64,000 bases of DNA from Syntrophobacterales bacterium. Its GTDB lineage: Bacteria > Desulfobacterota > Desulfobaccia > Desulfobaccales > 0-14-0-80-60-11. Positions 1 through 10,118 of this stretch are shown piece by piece; position 1 is the first letter of the stretch; every line of letters starts with the position of its first letter. Under the pieces are notes generated by a model. It saw only the letters and a program-made list of their open reading frames with translations. It did not search any database and was not told where the DNA came from. Location of the stretch: positions 4,586 through 68,585 of the forward strand of contig JAGVAH010000157.1 in the NCBI GenBank assembly GCA_020060385.1. Direction: 5' to 3'. Position numbers and translations under genes: made by a program.

Positions 1-483
1 CACACCCCCTCCAGTTCCACCAGGGATACGGCCTTGGTTTCATCCAGGAGCTGATAAAACTCTTCAATATCCAGGCCCAGGTTCGCCGCCACTTCCTCCG
101 GCTCCGCGGGCCGGCCCAGGGTCTTCTGCAATTCCGCGTAGGCGTTTTCCAGGAGGTGGGTCTTCTTGCGCACGGATCGGGGGATCCAATCCAGACTCCG
201 CAGTTCGTCCAGGATGGCGCCTTTGATGCGGAATTCCGCGTAGGTCTTGAAACTGATATTTTTACTGGGATCGAACTTGTGGATGGCGTCAATCAAGCCG
301 ATAATCCCGGAGCTGATCAAGTCGTCCAGGGAGATATGGGAGGGCAGGCGCAAGGCCAGGCGGGAGGCGATATATTTGATCAGGGGGGCGTATTGCAGCA
401 CCATCTGCTCTTGCCAGGAGTTATCCACCTCCGCGGGCCAATACTCCGCAGACATATCATGGGCCAAAGCTTGCTTTTTCATA
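1..483 (-). CDS. fliA: Flagellar sigma factor FliA/sigma-28, N-terminal 161 codons (3' end lies beyond window edge)
   Basis: Absent from the ORF track because it runs off the edge. Reverse complement of 1-483 reads from ATG (483-481, GGAAGAG upstream): MKKQALAHDMSAEYW..LQYAPLIKYIASRL..FKTYAEFRIKGAILDELRSLDWIPRS, i.e. sigma-70 region 2 of the FliA/WhiG type. It sits directly downstream of flhF-flhG, as usual. Confidence 0.8.
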
Positions 484-506
484 TCGGTCTCTTCCACTGG
501 CGCCTA

Positions 507-1394
507 CTAGATCTGGTATTGGAGCAAACGCCGCCAAAAGAATTTGATGTTGCCGTCCATTTCCTCAGGCGCAGGCATTTCCCATAAACGCCGGGCCATC
601 TGCATAAAGGACTTGGCGACCCGGGATTTGGGATAAAGGGTCAAAACCGGCTGTTGTTTCAGAACCGCCTTGGAAACCGCGTCGTCATGGGGAATATGAC
701 CCAGATATTCCAGGGAAATATCCCGGCCCAGGAAGCGCTCCGACACCTTCAGCAGGGTGCGGTACACCGCCTCCGCTTCCCGGGGTTCGGAGAGTCCGTT
801 CACCAGCAGCTTGAACCGCCGCTCGTTGTGTTGGGTGGCCAGAACCTTGATCAGGGCATAGGCATCGGTGATGGAGGTTGGTTCATTGTTGGCCACCACC
901 ACCCTTTCCAGGGCCGCAATATTGAAGAACAGGACATTGCGGGAAATGCCGGCCCCGGTGTCGATCAAGGCCACGTCGATGGTCTCCGAATAGTTGTCCA
1001 GTTCGTTTAAGAGGAACATCTTCTGGTATTCGTCCAACTCCGAGAGTTCCGGGATGCCGGAAGAGGCCGGCAGGATTTTTATGCCTCCCGGGCCTTCCAC
1101 CAGGACCTCCGGCAGGGTTTTGCGCAGCTGCAGGACATCGTGGATGGTGTACTGGGGGCTCAGGCCCAGGAGGATGTCCAGGTTGGCCAACCCCAGATCC
1201 GCATCGATGAGGAGGACCTTGAGCCCCTGTTGGGCCAGGGCCACCCCCAGGTTCGCCACCACGTTGGACTTCCCCACTCCCCCCTTGCCGGAGGTCACGG
1301 CAATGATCCGCAAAGGCGGGGGAGGAGGAGCAGCCAGCTCCCGGGACAGTTCGTCCATTTCGTCCTGGTCATTAAGAAGTATGGTTGGTTTCAT
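507..1394 (-). CDS. flhG: Flagellar number regulator FlhG/YlxH (MinD/ParA-family ATPase)
   Basis: 295-aa ORF with deviant Walker A VTSGKGGVGKSN, a MinD-like core, and a C-terminal amphipathic helix KFFWRRLLQYQI. Located between flhF and fliA. Confidence 0.85.
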   Translation of the reverse strand: MKPTILLNDQDEMDELSRELAAPPPPPLRIIAVTSGKGGVGKSNVVANLGVALAQQGLKVLLIDADLGLANLDILLGLSPQYTIHDVLQLRKTLPEVLVEGPGGIKILPASSGIPELSELDEYQKMFLLNELDNYSETIDVALIDTGAGISRNVLFFNIAALERVVVANNEPTSITDAYALIKVLATQHNERRFKLLVNGLSEPREAEAVYRTLLKVSERFLGRDISLEYLGHIPHDDAVSKAVLKQQPVLTLYPKSRVAKSFMQMARRLWEMPAPEEMDGNIKFFWRRLLQYQI

Positions 1395-1425
1395 AAACCA
1401 CTCCCATTGATCTCTGAAATCGTGT

Positions 1426-2544
1426 TTAACTCCGGCGCCGTAACAACAACTCCGTCACCCGCCGCCGGGAAGCCAGTTCTATATCTTCCGGCACCTGCTG
1501 GCCCGCAGTCAGATAGGAAACGGGCACCCGGTGACGGCACAACTGGTTGAAAATACCGGAAAAGTCATTAGTTTCGTCCAGTTTGGTAATGATATAAGAA
1601 GAGATGGGCAGAATGCTGAACCGCTTGATGGCATTGATCAGATTGCTTTCTTTGGTGGTGGCGCTGAGCACCAGGTGATGCTCCAATTCCGGCAAGTCCC
1701 CCAGGGATTCCTGCAATTCCTTCTGCAAAGCCGGGGCATAGGGGCTGCGGCCCGCGGTGTCGATCAAGATTAGATCCAGATCCCCCATCTTTTCCATGGC
1801 CTCCAGCAATTCCTGGCGCCGGTGCACCACTATCAGGGGTTGCCCGGTGAGGCGGCCGTACGCGGCCAACTGGTTGTGAGCCCCCAATCTCTGGTTGTCC
1901 ATGGAGATCAAGCCCACTTGCAGTTTTTCCATGAGGCCGAATTTGGCCGCCAGTTTGGCGATAGTGGTGGTCTTGCCCACCCCGGTGGGGCCGATGAAGG
2001 TCCAGTAGCGGGGCTGGGCCTCCTTGGCCTTCCAGGGGTCCACCACCCCAAAGGCGTGCATCAGATAGCGGCAGGCCACCTCCTTGAGGGTGAGGGGCTG
2101 TTCTCCGGGTTGTTCCAAGATACCCTGCACATTGTCCAGCCAGCGTTGCACAAAGCGCTCATCCAGGCCGGACTTGGTGAGGACGCGGTAAAACATGGCC
2201 AGTTCTTTATGCTGCAGCAACCAGGAAGGGGGACCGCTTTGCCGCATCCACTGGTGCAGGAGTTCCTTGACTTCTTCCAGATCCTCCTGGATTTGGCTCA
2301 CCGGCGTCGGGGGTGGCGGGAACCATACCCCCCGGTCATCGCGGTCCCCATCCCCATTGCTGGGGATAGGTGTCATGTCCACGGCCGCGGTTACCTCCAC
2401 CCCCGGACGCCGCCCCCAACCGGTCTGGTTTTCTTTGACCCACCGGGATTGAGTGGAAAGGATCACCGCTTCCGGCCCCAGCTCCCTTTTTACCTGAGAC
2501 AGGGCATCCTTCAGGTCCCGAGCTAAAAATGTCTTAAGCTTCAT
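1426..2544 (-). CDS. flhF: Flagellar biosynthesis SRP-type GTPase FlhF
   Basis: 372 aa. N-terminus MKLKTFLARDLKDALSQVKRELGPEAVILS, G1 GPTGVGKTTTIAKLA, DTAGR motif. Overlaps the flhA stop by 11 nt. Confidence 0.88.
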   Translation of the reverse strand: MKLKTFLARDLKDALSQVKRELGPEAVILSTQSRWVKENQTGWGRRPGVEVTAAVDMTPIPSNGDGDRDDRGVWFPPPPTPVSQIQEDLEEVKELLHQWMRQSGPPSWLLQHKELAMFYRVLTKSGLDERFVQRWLDNVQGILEQPGEQPLTLKEVACRYLMHAFGVVDPWKAKEAQPRYWTFIGPTGVGKTTTIAKLAAKFGLMEKLQVGLISMDNQRLGAHNQLAAYGRLTGQPLIVVHRRQELLEAMEKMGDLDLILIDTAGRSPYAPALQKELQESLGDLPELEHHLVLSATTKESNLINAIKRFSILPISSYIITKLDETNDFSGIFNQLCRHRVPVSYLTAGQQVPEDIELASRRRVTELLLRRRS

Positions 2545-4636
2545 GGCTCAAACTCACTACTCCCATGGACTGAATGGCGGCGTCGGTGACCAGCTCATGG
2601 TGGGAGAGCACCCGCAACATGGGCAACTGCTTCTCCACCAGGCGCCGCAGATGCCGCCGCACTCCGGGAGAACAGACAATAATGGGTTGCTGGTTCAGGG
2701 CCGTGGCCTTCTCCGTGGCTTCCTGGAGGGCCTTGATGATTTCCTGGGCCGTATCCGGGGCCATGGCCAGAAAGATGCCATAATCCGTTTTTTGCAGGCT
2801 GTCCTTGACCAGGTCTTCAATGAAGGGGTCCAGGGAATAGACCATGATCTTCTGGTCCGGAGTCTCCAGGGGCTTGGTCAGGGCCCGCCCCAGGCGCTGC
2901 CGCACATATTCTGTGAGGATATCCGGGTCCTTGGTATATGGGGCGTAATCCGCCAGGGTCTCCAGGATGGAGAGGAGGTCCCGGATGGAAATCCTTTCCT
3001 GGACCAGGTTTTGGAGGACTTTTTGGATTCCTCCCAGGGAAAGCAACCCGGGGGTCAGTTCTTCCACCACCTTGGGGTTGGAGTGGACTATGCGGTCCAG
3101 GAGTTTTTGCACCTCCTGGCGCCCCAAGAGTTCGTGGCAGTGGCTGCGGATCACCTCCGAGAGGTGGGTGGCAATGACGCTGGCCTGGTTGACCACGGTG
3201 TATCCCAGGTGCTGGGCCTCTTCCTTCTTATTGGGGCTGATCCACAGGGCCGGCAGGTTGAAGGTGGGTTCCCGGGTGGGAATGCCCTCGATCTGGCGCA
3301 GGGACTCACCGGGGTGGAGGGCCAGGTGGTAGCCCACCATCATTTCGCCCCGGGCCACCTCCACCCCTTTAATGAGGATCACATAACCCCCGGGCTTGAG
3401 CTGCAGGTTGTCCCGGATATGGATGGGGGGCACAACCACGCCCATCTCCGTGGCGAATTGCCTTCTCAAGGCCCGGATGCGTTCCAGCAGTTCCCCGTCC
3501 TGTTCTTCATCCACCAGGGGGATCAAGCCGTAGCCCGCCTCCAGCTCCAGCAGGTCCAGGGCCAGGAGGTTTTCTATGGGCTCCGGTCCCCGGGGCTTGG
3601 GAAGCTTTTTGGCCTCCGCGGCCGCGGCATCTTCCTTTTGCCGGGTAGTGTGGGCCAGGTAAGCGAGACCGCCGATCAACAGGGACAGGGCGATGAAAGG
3701 CACATGGGGCAGACCCGGAACCAGGCCGATGAGGAAGATCATCCCCGCGGCGACGCTCATGGCCTGGGGTTTCAGAGAGAATTGCTTGGCGTATTCCTCA
3801 CCCAGGCTGGCCTCGGACGCGGCCTTGCTGACGATCAAGCCCGCGGACGCGGAGATCAGCAAGGCCGGGATCTGCGCCACCAGGCCTTCGCCGATGGTCA
3901 GCAGGCTGAAGGTCTGGGCCGCGTCCCCCAGGGTCATATTGTGTTGGAGCACGCCGATAATCAAACCGCCGAGGATGTTGATGACCATGATGAGGATGGC
4001 CGCCATGGCCTCCCCGCGCACGAACTTGGAGGCGCCGTCCATGGCCCCGTAGAACTCGCCTTCCCGGGACAGGGCGGCCCGGCGCTTCCGGGCCTCCATG
4101 TCGTCGATGTAACCGGCATTGAGGTCCGCGTCGATGCTCATCTGTTTGCCGGGCATGGCGTCCAGGGTGAAGCGGGCCGCGACTTCGGCAATCCGGGTGG
4201 AACCCTTGATAATAACGATGAAATTGATGACCACCAGGATCAGGAAGATGATGCCGCCCACCACAAAATTGCCCCCCACCACAAAGCTCCCGAAGGAGTG
4301 GATCACCCCGCCCGCGGCCCCCATGCCTTCATAGCCGTGGAGGAGGATGATCCGGGTGGAGGCCACTTCCAGGGCGAGGCGGAAGAGGGTGGTCACCAGG
4401 AGCAGGGAAGGAAAGATGAAGAATTCAACTGGCTTGATGGTGTACAAGGACAGGAGCAGCACCATCAGGGAAAAGGTGATGTTGAAACTGAGGAGCAGGT
4501 CCAGCAGGAAGGGGGGTATGGGAAAGACCATCACCAGGAGGGTGGTGATCACGCCGATGGCCACAAAGAGCTCGCCTTTGTGGATGCCGAATCCCTGCAG
4601 GAAAGATGTTTTCTGGGTCAGAGGCAGGGTGGTCAT
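2534..4636 (-). CDS. flhA: Flagellar type III export gate protein FlhA
   Basis: 700 aa with an N-terminal polytopic FHIPEP domain (FPSLLLVTTLFRLALEVASTRIILL, GGNFVVGGIIFLILVVINFIVI) and a large cytoplasmic C-domain. Its start overlaps the flhB stop by 4 nt. Confidence 0.95.
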   Translation of the reverse strand: MTTLPLTQKTSFLQGFGIHKGELFVAIGVITTLLVMVFPIPPFLLDLLLSFNITFSLMVLLLSLYTIKPVEFFIFPSLLLVTTLFRLALEVASTRIILLHGYEGMGAAGGVIHSFGSFVVGGNFVVGGIIFLILVVINFIVIIKGSTRIAEVAARFTLDAMPGKQMSIDADLNAGYIDDMEARKRRAALSREGEFYGAMDGASKFVRGEAMAAILIMVINILGGLIIGVLQHNMTLGDAAQTFSLLTIGEGLVAQIPALLISASAGLIVSKAASEASLGEEYAKQFSLKPQAMSVAAGMIFLIGLVPGLPHVPFIALSLLIGGLAYLAHTTRQKEDAAAAEAKKLPKPRGPEPIENLLALDLLELEAGYGLIPLVDEEQDGELLERIRALRRQFATEMGVVVPPIHIRDNLQLKPGGYVILIKGVEVARGEMMVGYHLALHPGESLRQIEGIPTREPTFNLPALWISPNKKEEAQHLGYTVVNQASVIATHLSEVIRSHCHELLGRQEVQKLLDRIVHSNPKVVEELTPGLLSLGGIQKVLQNLVQERISIRDLLSILETLADYAPYTKDPDILTEYVRQRLGRALTKPLETPDQKIMVYSLDPFIEDLVKDSLQKTDYGIFLAMAPDTAQEIIKALQEATEKATALNQQPIIVCSPGVRRHLRRLVEKQLPMLRVLSHHELVTDAAIQSMGVVSLSHEA

Positions 4637-5706
4637 CTCGCCCCTCCCGCCTTGCCCCGCAGCCGGTAGATATAGGCCAGGACCTCAGCCACGGCCCGGT
4701 AGAGAGAAGTGGGGATGCCCTTGCCAACGTCCACCAGGCGGTAGAGGGAGCGGGCCAGGGACTGGTTCTCTACCCGGGGCACCCCCGCTTCCTGGGCCAC
4801 GGCGATAATCTTCAGGGCCATGAACCCCCGGCCCTTGGCCACCACCTGGGGAGCGATCATGGTGGCGCTGTCGTATTTCAGGGCCACCGCGTAATGGGTG
4901 GGGTTGGTGATCACCACATCGGCTTGGGGGACGTCGGCAATCATGCGCTTGGTGGCCATCTGCCGCATGAGGCTTTTGATGCGGGCTTTGACCTTGGGAT
5001 CCCCTTCCACCTGGCGCATTTCATCCTTGACCTCTTGCTTGGTCATCTTCAGGTCTTTTTCAAAGCGGTAGCGCTGATAAAAATAATCCAGGGCTCCCAA
5101 GACCAGCAAAGCCAGGATGATGCGGACGGAGACCCGGAAAACGGTCCCGGTGAGGTACAACAGAATCTGGCCCACGGACTGGTCCAGAAGGGGCATCAAC
5201 CCCCCGAGCTCCCGCTTCACGGAATAATAGGCCACCAAACCGATGATGCTGATCTTGGCCAGGGATTTGATTAACTCCACGATGGTGTTCGGAGAAAAAA
5301 AGCGCTTGAACCCTTTAATAAATTGCAGCCGGCTCAGATCCGGGGTGATGCGTTCCGTGGAAAAGATTTTTCCCACTTGCACGTAGTTGCTCATGATCGC
5401 AGCCGCAGACAAACTGATAAAGACGGGGGCCAACAGCCCCCCCAAGGCGAGGCCGAAAGTCATAAATAAGGACGCCACTTGGTTAGGCCCCACCAGTCCG
5501 GGACGGATTTGGCCCAGCCAGACCCGGAGCATTTCCATGATCTTCCGCCCCAGGACCGGTCCCCAAAGGACCAGGCAGAGCAAACCGGTTAAAAGCACCA
5601 GGGCCGTAGACAGGTCTTTGCTACGAGCCACCTGGCCTTTTTCCCGGGCCTTCTCCCGTCGCTTAGGAGTTGGTTTTTCAGTTTTGTCCTGGAAATCGTC
5701 CGCCAT
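4633..5706 (-). CDS. flhB: Flagellar export switch protein FlhB
   Basis: 357 aa. N-terminal DKTEKPTPKRREKAREKGQVARS, four TM segments, and the NPTH autocleavage site (VVITNPTHYAVAL). Confidence 0.95.
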   Translation of the reverse strand: MADDFQDKTEKPTPKRREKAREKGQVARSKDLSTALVLLTGLLCLVLWGPVLGRKIMEMLRVWLGQIRPGLVGPNQVASLFMTFGLALGGLLAPVFISLSAAAIMSNYVQVGKIFSTERITPDLSRLQFIKGFKRFFSPNTIVELIKSLAKISIIGLVAYYSVKRELGGLMPLLDQSVGQILLYLTGTVFRVSVRIILALLVLGALDYFYQRYRFEKDLKMTKQEVKDEMRQVEGDPKVKARIKSLMRQMATKRMIADVPQADVVITNPTHYAVALKYDSATMIAPQVVAKGRGFMALKIIAVAQEAGVPRVENQSLARSLYRLVDVGKGIPTSLYRAVAEVLAYIYRLRGKAGGAR

Positions 5707-5777
5707 CTCTCAAACCAATTTTTCTTAAAGCTCGGGTTGACTCTTACTATAGTCCCTCTTTTTTACCGAAAGCCAAA

Positions 5778-6554
5778 CTAACTATGCCAGGCCCGCAGCA
5801 CCTGGGTTAAGGAACTCTGAAATCCGGAAAACTGTCCCACTATATAAGGGCCGATGAGCATCAGGGTCAGGGAGAGGAAGATCAGTCCCAGGGCGATGGT
5901 CAGGGGAAAGGCCACGACCATCACCTGCACCTGGGGGACGGTGCGGGCCACCAGCCCCATGCCCACTTGCGTTAAAAACAGGACCAGGAGAATGGGGGCC
6001 ACCAGTTTTACGGCCAGTTGATACATGAGGGAGCCCATGGGCACCAGGATGGAGAAGAGGCTGCCCGGCAGCAAGCCCGGCCCCCCCACCGGCACCTCTC
6101 CGAAGCTCCGGGCCAGGACCACCAGGAGCAGATGGTGGCCGTCCACGGTCAGAAAGAGCACCGTGGCCACCATCAGCAGGATGTCCCCCATCACCGTGGT
6201 GCGGACGCCGCTGTTGGGGTCGATGAGGTTCACCATGCCGAATCCCATCTGGATACCCAGCAGGTCGCCGGCCATCTGCACGGCCGCGAAGATGAAACGC
6301 ACCACCAGGCCCAGGGACAGGCCCAGAAGCACTTCCCGGAGCACCAGGCCCATGGCCCCCAGCCAGGTTGAGGGAAAGGGCGGCAGGGAGCCGGCCACCA
6401 CCGGTGTCAAGGCCAGGGCGATCACCAGGAGGGAATAAACCTTGATCTGCACGGGAATGATGCGGCTGTCCCAGATGGGCATGAATAGAAGGATGCAGCC
6501 CACCCGGATCGCCACCAGAATAAATTGCTCCATTTGCAGGATCAGCCCGGCCAT
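5778..6554 (-). CDS. fliR: Flagellar export apparatus protein FliR
   Basis: Polytopic membrane ORF following fliQ. ORF track start is GTG 6569 (GTGA overlap with the fliQ stop). I prefer ATG 6554, which has AAGGAG 6 nt upstream. Confidence 0.85.
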   Translation of the reverse strand: MAGLILQMEQFILVAIRVGCILLFMPIWDSRIIPVQIKVYSLLVIALALTPVVAGSLPPFPSTWLGAMGLVLREVLLGLSLGLVVRFIFAAVQMAGDLLGIQMGFGMVNLIDPNSGVRTTVMGDILLMVATVLFLTVDGHHLLLVVLARSFGEVPVGGPGLLPGSLFSILVPMGSLMYQLAVKLVAPILLVLFLTQVGMGLVARTVPQVQVMVVAFPLTIALGLIFLSLTLMLIGPYIVGQFSGFQSSLTQVLRAWHS

Positions 6555-6565
6555 CCCCGGCTCCT

Positions 6566-6835
6566 TCACCGCACGTAGTTGGGAATATTGTTAAAAATTT
6601 CCAGGGTAAAAGTCATCAGGTGGCTCATGATCCAGGGCAGAAGCAGGAGCAGGCCCACGAAGATGGAGATAATCTTGGGCACGAAGGTCAGGGTCATTTC
6701 CTGGATCTGGGTGGCGGCCTGCACCATGCTGACCAAGACCCCCACCACCAAACCGATGCCCAGGATGGGCAGGGCCACCAGCAGCGTCACCTGGATGGCC
6801 TGCCGGGCTATACCGATCACTAGATCCGGACTCAT
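6566..6835 (-). CDS. fliQ: Flagellar export apparatus protein FliQ
   Basis: 89 aa from internal ATG 6835 of the 115-aa ORF: MSPDLVIGIARQAIQVTLLVALPILGIGLVVGVLVSMVQAATQIQEMTLTFVPKI, the typical FliQ length and sequence. The upstream ORF part overlaps fliP. Confidence 0.9.
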   Translation of the reverse strand: MSPDLVIGIARQAIQVTLLVALPILGIGLVVGVLVSMVQAATQIQEMTLTFVPKIISIFVGLLLLLPWIMSHLMTFTLEIFNNIPNYVR

Positions 6836-6854
6836 TACTTCTCCTCCTCTCCCG

Positions 6855-7601
6855 TCACTGGAAACTTCGCACCAAGGAACCCACCACCAGGTTCCAGCCG
6901 TCCACCAGGACAAAGAGTAAAACCTTAAACACCAGGGAAATCATCACCGGAGGCAGCATCATCATGCCCATGGACAAAAGCACCGAGGCCACCACCATGT
7001 CAATGATCAGAAAGGGCAGGTAGAGGAGAAAACCGATCTCAAACGCGGTCCTGAGCTCGCTGATCATAAAGGCCGGGATCAAAGTGGCGATGGGAATGTC
7101 CTGGGGATTCTTGGGCCGGGGCTTCTTGGAGATGTGCACAAACAGGCCCAGGTCTTTTTCCCGGGTTTGGCGCATCATGAAGGCCCGCAAGGGTTCCAGG
7201 CCCTTTTTCACCGCTTCTTCCCCGTTCATCTGCTGATTAATATAGGGCTTGACCGCCTTATCCTGGATATCCTGCCAAACCGGGGCCATGATGAAGATCG
7301 TCAGAAATAGGGCCAAAGCGACAAGAATCTGATTGGGCGGCATCTGCTGGGTGCCCATGGCCTGGCGCAAAAAGGAGAAGACCACTGCCAGGCGGGTGAA
7401 GGAGGTGACCATAATCACCAGGGCCGGGGCCAGGGAGAGGATGGTGAGAAGCAACAGGAGCTGCAAGGACAGACTCAAACGCTCCGGGGCCAGGAGCTGA
7501 TCCAGACCCAGGCCGCCCGCGGGTGCAGCCCAACCGGGCCTGACCGACAGGCAGAAAAGGAACAGCAGAGCACCCTTGAAGATCCGTGCCTTCATGCGCA
7601 T
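6855..7601 (-). CDS. fliP: Flagellar export apparatus protein FliP
   Basis: 248 aa with a signal peptide and conserved FliP blocks (FLRQAMGTQQMPPNQILVALALFLTIFIMAP; FLLYLPFLIIDMVVASVLLSMGMMMLPP). Confidence 0.95.
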   Translation of the reverse strand: MRMKARIFKGALLFLFCLSVRPGWAAPAGGLGLDQLLAPERLSLSLQLLLLLTILSLAPALVIMVTSFTRLAVVFSFLRQAMGTQQMPPNQILVALALFLTIFIMAPVWQDIQDKAVKPYINQQMNGEEAVKKGLEPLRAFMMRQTREKDLGLFVHISKKPRPKNPQDIPIATLIPAFMISELRTAFEIGFLLYLPFLIIDMVVASVLLSMGMMMLPPVMISLVFKVLLFVLVDGWNLVVGSLVRSFQ

Positions 7602-8017
7602 TCTTCTTTCTCATTCTTTACGGGAAGCGTCAGGGCCGCAGCTTCGGTTTGGGCTTCCGGAGATAGGGGGGTGACCAGCTGTAACTGATCGCCGGCGCTG
7701 GCCAGGAGCAACCTCTCCTTGCCTACCGCCACCAGGATCAAGGCCTTCTTGGGGGCCAGATAATGGGTGGCCAGCACCTGGATCAACGGCGACACCCCTT
7801 TGGGCCGCAGAACCCCCGATTTTTTCCAGAGATAGAGTCCCAAGAGCAGTATTCCCAGCATGCCGCTCAACACGGCCGCGACCCGGAAGAGATGCTGCCA
7901 GAAAGGAAATTCCGGGGCGGCGACGTTGGCGGCAGCCAGCCCGCCCGCGTCCTGGGACGTGGCTGCCAGCCACCCCCAACTCCCCAGGATCCATCCCCAG
8001 AAATCCATCATCATCAC
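7592..8017 (-). CDS. fliO: Flagellar protein FliO/FliZ
   Basis: 141 aa with a single TM (AAVLSGMLGILLLGLYLWKK) and block IQVLATHYLAPKKALILVAVGKERLLLA. Sits between fliN and fliP and overlaps the fliP start. Confidence 0.65.
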   Translation of the reverse strand: MMMMDFWGWILGSWGWLAATSQDAGGLAAANVAAPEFPFWQHLFRVAAVLSGMLGILLLGLYLWKKSGVLRPKGVSPLIQVLATHYLAPKKALILVAVGKERLLLASAGDQLQLVTPLSPEAQTEAAALTLPVKNEKEECA

Positions 8018-8020
8018 GCC

Positions 8021-8425
8021 TCAGGTCAACTGCTTGATGCGTTCCAGGGGGCTGATGACATCCGTCAGGCGGATGCCGAACTTTTCATTAACCACCACTA
8101 CCTCCCCCCGGGCGATGAGCTTCTGATTGATCAGGATCTCCAGGGGCTCCTCGGCCAGCTTGTTCAGTTCGATCACCGAACCCTGGCCCAATTGCAGCAG
8201 GTCGTTAATGATCATTTTGGCCCGGCCCAATTCCGCGGTGATCTCCAGGGGGATGTCCAGGAGCAGCTCCAAGTTGCCCTTGCTTCTTTCTGCCGGGCTT
8301 AATGGCGCCGCACCGGCATCAAGATCGGCTTCCATACTATCCGGCGCTGGAGTCCCGGAGGTTTCCTCCAGGGCTTTTTCCCAGTCGTAATCCACGACGC
8401 GTTGGGAAGTCCCATTGGTTGCCAT
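8021..8425 (-). CDS. fliN: Flagellar motor switch protein FliN
   Basis: C-terminal SpoA/FliN domain ([69 protein letters not shown]). Start taken at ATG 8425 (GGAGGA about 9 nt upstream); ATG 8434 is an alternative. The longer ORF to 8521 overlaps fliM. Confidence 0.85.
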   Translation of the reverse strand: MATNGTSQRVVDYDWEKALEETSGTPAPDSMEADLDAGAAPLSPAERSKGNLELLLDIPLEITAELGRAKMIINDLLQLGQGSVIELNKLAEEPLEILINQKLIARGEVVVVNEKFGIRLTDVISPLERIKQLT

Positions 8426-8453
8426 TGTTCTCATATCCTCCAGTCTTACTGAC

Positions 8454-9437
8454 TTAATGAGCAGGAGTAAAAAGTGTGTTGCGCAGCTGAAAAGCCTTGG
8501 AGTTACGCACTCTTCCGGCACTGCCCAGGAACTTGGGGATGCCTTCCACCTTGGCCAGCAGGGGGTCAGTCACTTTTTTATCGAAGATGATGATATCGCC
8601 CACTTCCAAATTCATCACTTCCCGGGCGCTCATTTCCGTGGAGGCCAATTCCACCACCACGTTCACCGCCATATCATGGAGCTGTTCATGGATGCGGGAG
8701 GTCCAACTGCTGTCCTTCTCCAGCTGCTCACTCTGGAACCCGGAATAGAGTTTGCCTTTGATGGGTTCAATGGTGGAGTAGGGCATGCACACGGTGATGA
8801 AACCGTCGGTCTGCTCCATTTCCACCTGGAACTTGCTGATCACCACGATATCGTTGGGAGTGGCGATGCCCACGAACATGGGGTTGATCTCCACCCTTAC
8901 CAGGTGCATCTTTACCGGATGCACCGGGGCCCAGGCCTTTTCCAGGTCCTGGAAGGCCATGAGCACCACTTTGCTGATCAGGCGGCGCTCAATGGTGGTG
9001 AAATCCCGGCCTTCGATCTTGAACCGGGTCTTGGCGGTCCCTCCCAGGAAGCACTCCACCAGGGCGAAGACCAGCTTGCTGTCCACCACCATCAGGCATT
9101 GGCCCCTTAAGGGGTCCATCTTGTGGATGTGGAAACTGCTGGGCAGGGGCAGGGAACGGAGGAATTCTCCAAATTTTACCATCTGCACGAAGTTGGTTTG
9201 GATATCCACGTTGCGCCGCAGGATCATGGACAGAGAGACCCTAAAGGCCCGGGCGAAATGCTCGTTGATCACCTCCAGGGTGGGCATGCGCCCCCGGATG
9301 ATCCGTTCCTGGGAGGTGAAATCGTAGCTGATTACCCCTTCTTCCGGCGCGGCGTGGTCGGTTTCAACGTCGATTTCCCCCTCAATCATCCCCTTGAGGA
9401 GGGCATCCACTTCTTCCTGGGAGAGAACTTTGGTCAC
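8454..9437 (-). CDS. fliM: Flagellar motor switch protein FliM
   Basis: 327 aa with the N-terminal CheY-P binding motif [10 protein letters not shown], a FliM middle domain and a C-terminal SpoA-like domain. Confidence 0.92.
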   Translation of the reverse strand: MTKVLSQEEVDALLKGMIEGEIDVETDHAAPEEGVISYDFTSQERIIRGRMPTLEVINEHFARAFRVSLSMILRRNVDIQTNFVQMVKFGEFLRSLPLPSSFHIHKMDPLRGQCLMVVDSKLVFALVECFLGGTAKTRFKIEGRDFTTIERRLISKVVLMAFQDLEKAWAPVHPVKMHLVRVEINPMFVGIATPNDIVVISKFQVEMEQTDGFITVCMPYSTIEPIKGKLYSGFQSEQLEKDSSWTSRIHEQLHDMAVNVVVELASTEMSAREVMNLEVGDIIIFDKKVTDPLLAKVEGIPKFLGSAGRVRNSKAFQLRNTLFTPAH

Positions 9438-9446
9438 GCTGCCCTC

Positions 9447-9926
9447 CTATTGGGCCACAAATTCGGTGAAATACGCGGCGCTGATCTTCTTGCCCGCGGG
9501 TATGGCGTGCAGCCGGGCCAGGATATCCTTTTTTAACTGGTGCTTGCCCTCCGGGGTGGCGATGTCCGGATAACTTTTGCTGCTCAGGAGGAAAATGAGT
9601 TGATCCCGGATGCGGGGCATGAACTTTTCCAGCTCTTTGGCGGCCTTCTCATTATCCACTTCCAGATCGATCTTCACTTTCAGATAGCGCCGCGCGTCCT
9701 TATCCGCCAGGTTCACCAGAAAAGGTTCCAGGGGCATCAAAGCCTTGGCGTGGTGCTCGACTTTGGCAGGAGAAGAATCATCGAAGAAAGCAAGGTAGAC
9801 AAAGGCGCCGCCACCCAGCAACAGAATCGGCAGGAGGACAAACAGTATGATTTTCTTCAATTTTCCTTTGGGCTTGGGAGGAGCTTCTTCCGCCGGTTCG
9901 GGGGGCAGTTCTTTTTCGCGGGCCAT
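9447..9926 (-). CDS. fliL: Flagellar basal-body-associated protein FliL
   Basis: Single TM (KKIILFVLLPILLLGGGAFVYLAFF) and FliL block FLVNLADKDARRYLKVKIDLEV. Start taken at ATG 9926 (AAGGAG 8 nt upstream) rather than ORF-track 9947. Confidence 0.8.
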   Translation of the reverse strand: MAREKELPPEPAEEAPPKPKGKLKKIILFVLLPILLLGGGAFVYLAFFDDSSPAKVEHHAKALMPLEPFLVNLADKDARRYLKVKIDLEVDNEKAAKELEKFMPRIRDQLIFLLSSKSYPDIATPEGKHQLKKDILARLHAIPAGKKISAAYFTEFVAQ

Positions 9927-9968
9927 TACCGGGCTCCTTACGCGCAATTTTTTACTGAACTGTCATTG

Positions 9969-9984
9969 AGCAATGTTTGTGCCA
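9969..9984 (-). promoter_or_regulatory. Sigma-54 (RpoN) promoter of the fliL-fliA operon
   Basis: Minus strand reads TGGCAC-AAACA-TTGCT, an exact fit to the -24/-12 consensus TGGCAC-N5-TTGCW, 42 nt upstream of the fliL ATG. Confidence 0.6.
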
Positions 9985-10066
9985 GATGGGAAAGATGGTT
10001 AGCTTTGTCGCAACCCTTGATTGGCAAAGGGAAATATAATTCGCAGGCGGCTCTGATGACGGAGAG

Positions 10067-10118
10067 CCTGTCAAAGATACCGGACTTTGTCAAAATATTG
10101 ACAAAATCCTATGACAGG
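10067..10118. promoter_or_regulatory. Nested palindrome, candidate enhancer/operator in the fliL-rlmE divergent region
   Basis: Perfect 8-bp inverted repeat TTTGTCAA-AATA-TTGACAAA (10086-10105) nested inside CCTGTCA (10067-10073) / TGACAGG (10112-10118), about 100 bp upstream of the sigma-54 promoter. Flanked by near-identical 13-mers TTGATTGGCAAAG (10017-10029) and TTGATTGCCAAAG (10123-10135). Confidence 0.35.

Noticed and set aside
2543-4669. 708-aa ORF on the plus strand (also 156-587, 247-510, and 1822-2526 plus-strand ORFs)
   Set aside because: Exactly antisense to flhA (and to fliA, flhF). The products are low-complexity His/Gly/Gln/Asp-rich with no motifs. Long antisense 'shadow' ORFs are expected in GC-rich DNA, and the minus-strand genes have unambiguous flagellar signatures.
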